A stretch of DNA of 55,781 nt, taken from the NCBI GenBank assembly GCA_000934665.2, contig KZ537979.1, positions 124,001 to 179,781 on the forward strand, given 5' to 3'. Shown one piece after another: positions 54,126 to 55,781 of this stretch. Under the pieces are notes generated by a model. That model had not been told where the DNA came from and did not search any database. It saw only the letters and a list, made by a program, of their open reading frames with translations. The DNA comes from Catajapyx aquilonaris. Its lineage: Eukaryota. Both the position numbers and the translations under genes were made by a program. Every line of letters begins with the position of its first letter. Position 1 is the stretch's first letter.

Positions 54126-54564
54126 GCAGCAGTGGGATATGGTATCCGGCTGCTAATCGGCAGAGGTAGGCACAGCTAACTTTCGATAACAGCTAACTTG
54201 CTCAGATAAACCATGGACATCACCAAATCGTTAATACTTAACAGCTCGAAAGGTTAGTGGAAACCCCCCTAATCATTCTAGCTGTTTATCATTAGCAATT
54301 TAGCCCCGCCCACTGGTTACTAACCGAATTAGCTGTTAGCGGAAGTTAGCTGAGCTAAAATTTTCCGTTAGCTTGCCCAGCTCTGCTAATCGGGAGGTCC
54401 TGGGATCAAATCCCGGGACCGGCAACTCGGACCGTGGTTTTCTGTGGTTTCCCACGGTCCATCCAGGAAAATTCCGGAGTTGTTTCCGTAATTAACAGGC
54501 CACAGCCGCTTCCTTCCATCCCTATCCCTTCCCAAAAAGCGAAGCAAAAAGTAAAAAAACAAAG
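54126..54564 (+). mobile_element. tRNA-derived SINE interrupted by a MITE
   Basis: Removing the MITE restores a tRNA-like head with arm tccgg-ctgctaa-tcggg and a B-box-like gggatcaaatccc. A body typical of insect SINEs follows (gtggttttctgtggtttcccac...caggaaaattccggag...aggccacagccgcttccttcc), then an A-rich tail. Confidence 0.75.
54161..54385. mobile_element. 225-bp hAT-type MITE with 8-bp TSD
   Basis: A perfect 8-bp direct repeat, ctaatcgg, sits at 54153-54160 and 54386-54393. The TIRs cagaggtaggca / tgcccagctctg match at 10 of 12 positions. The interior is rich in agctaa/ttagct repeats. Confidence 0.9.
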
Positions 54565-55781
54565 AGTTCCTTACAAAAAATCGGGATGAACTCCCCCCCC
54601 CCCTAAGGGAGCCAATGGCTCTATCACGGGGTAAATTATTACATTTTAACGAAAATATCTGTTGTAAGAGCTATGTAGCATTTCAGTAAAATGGCTATTT
54701 TAGCAAAATAGCTGTTTTGCTACAATCGTTATTTTAACGAAAATACCTGTTTTAAGCGCTATTTAGCATTTGAGTAAAATTGATATTTTAGCAAAATAGC
54801 AATTTTCGTTAAACCGGTTATTTTCGTTAAAACAGCTAATATCTGGCAGCAAAAGCGGGAAATGTCATTTCTGGCTTCCACTACGAGGAATGTAAATCAC
54901 TGCTTTTTTAAAAAAGCAGGAGCTTGACACGCGCTCTTATTGAAAAATATTATTCCACGTCGCGTTCCGGTTCGGAGGAGATTGTGGCGTTATCAATGCA
55001 CGTTACGTGCGATTCCTTATTATCTCGGCACGAAACGGGAGCCTCTTCGTGAAGAGACATAGGGAACGTTGGCTGCATGTTGACAGATGTGGCGCCCAGC
55101 CCCGGAAAAAGATGTGGTTCTTTTTTTGTAGTCGTGTCAAACCGAATATGTGACTGCATAATTACACAATTTAAAAAGGGAGAGTCGAGGCGACTAATGC
55201 TAGAGTTTAATTGACATCGGACACGAAAGGCGGATTATTTGGATCTGAGCGTACTTAATCAATAAATTACGTGTAATCGGTAGCGGTACAGTACAGCATG
55301 GTACATAACATGCGGGTAGTCTCCGGATAAGGTTAGCGAGTGTATGACACAAAAACCTCATCGAGCGATATGAAAATGGTGGTGGGTCAATAAATTGCTG
55401 GTGTCAATCACATGTCCTGTTGACCACATTGTTGTCGGTCAAGTGGATATCAGGTAGGGTGTCCATGAACCCCCTCGTATTATAGTGACTGAAGACCGCT
55501 GAAGACAAGTCAATTGGCTCGATCCAATGATATTTGAGGTCGGCTGACAACAATACCAGCTGGGGCTATTTGTTGCCTAGTCTTGGCAAAACTCCTTTTC
55601 GGCTGGCTTTCCGGTTTCTTCCCCAGGGCAAATTCCGTTGGCGCACAATTTATCAGCATAGCTGCGGTAATGCTGCGGTGCGCCCACAGTGTGGCGGATT
55701 GCGAAAAAGGTGGACAAAAGTAAAAAAAATAGAAAATGTTCAAATGCGTTTAACAACCAAACCATTAGGTTCCTGACATTC

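Larger units (their letters stand above)
54040..54851. mobile_element. AT-rich repetitive element (probable hAT-type MITE) split by a SINE insertion; includes an ~88-bp tandem repeat
   Basis: The same aaaatagctgttttgctacaat and attttaacgaaaata motifs occur on both sides of the SINE. The 88-bp unit repeats at 54643 and 54731. The right end atctggcagca resembles hAT TIRs. Confidence 0.55.

Noticed and set aside
16450..54460. Scattered Su(H)-type YGTGRGAA sites
   Set aside because: The number seen is roughly what chance predicts for a window of this size, and there is no paired-site arrangement.

Overview
This window looks like non-coding eukaryotic genomic DNA, most likely a large intron or intergenic stretch of an arthropod (probably insect) genome. 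That taxonomy is inferred from the repeat types, not proven. I find no intact protein-coding gene, no operon, no CRISPR array and no rRNA or intact tRNA. The ORF track is consistent with chance ORFs plus decayed transposon reading frames. The interpretable content is mostly mobile-element fossils: a Helentron/DINE-1-like (HINE) element with an internal 213-bp tandem duplication, a young ~760-bp foldback element with ~142-bp terminal inverted repeats (TIRs), a Tc1/mariner derivative built from two inverted 3' ends, and a three-layer nest (a hAT-type MITE with an 8-bp target-site duplication (TSD) inside a tRNA-derived SINE inside another repeat). There is also a short Helitron-like piece, many degraded LINE and Penelope fragments (some with hammerhead-ribozyme-like cores), and a 35-N assembly gap. 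Between these lie blocks rich in homeodomain-type TAAT/ATTA motifs and CTCF/Pho-like AGATGGCG motifs, which may be enhancers or insulators of a nearby developmental gene. I did not find convincing evidence of a new biological system; the findings below are leads of modest interest.
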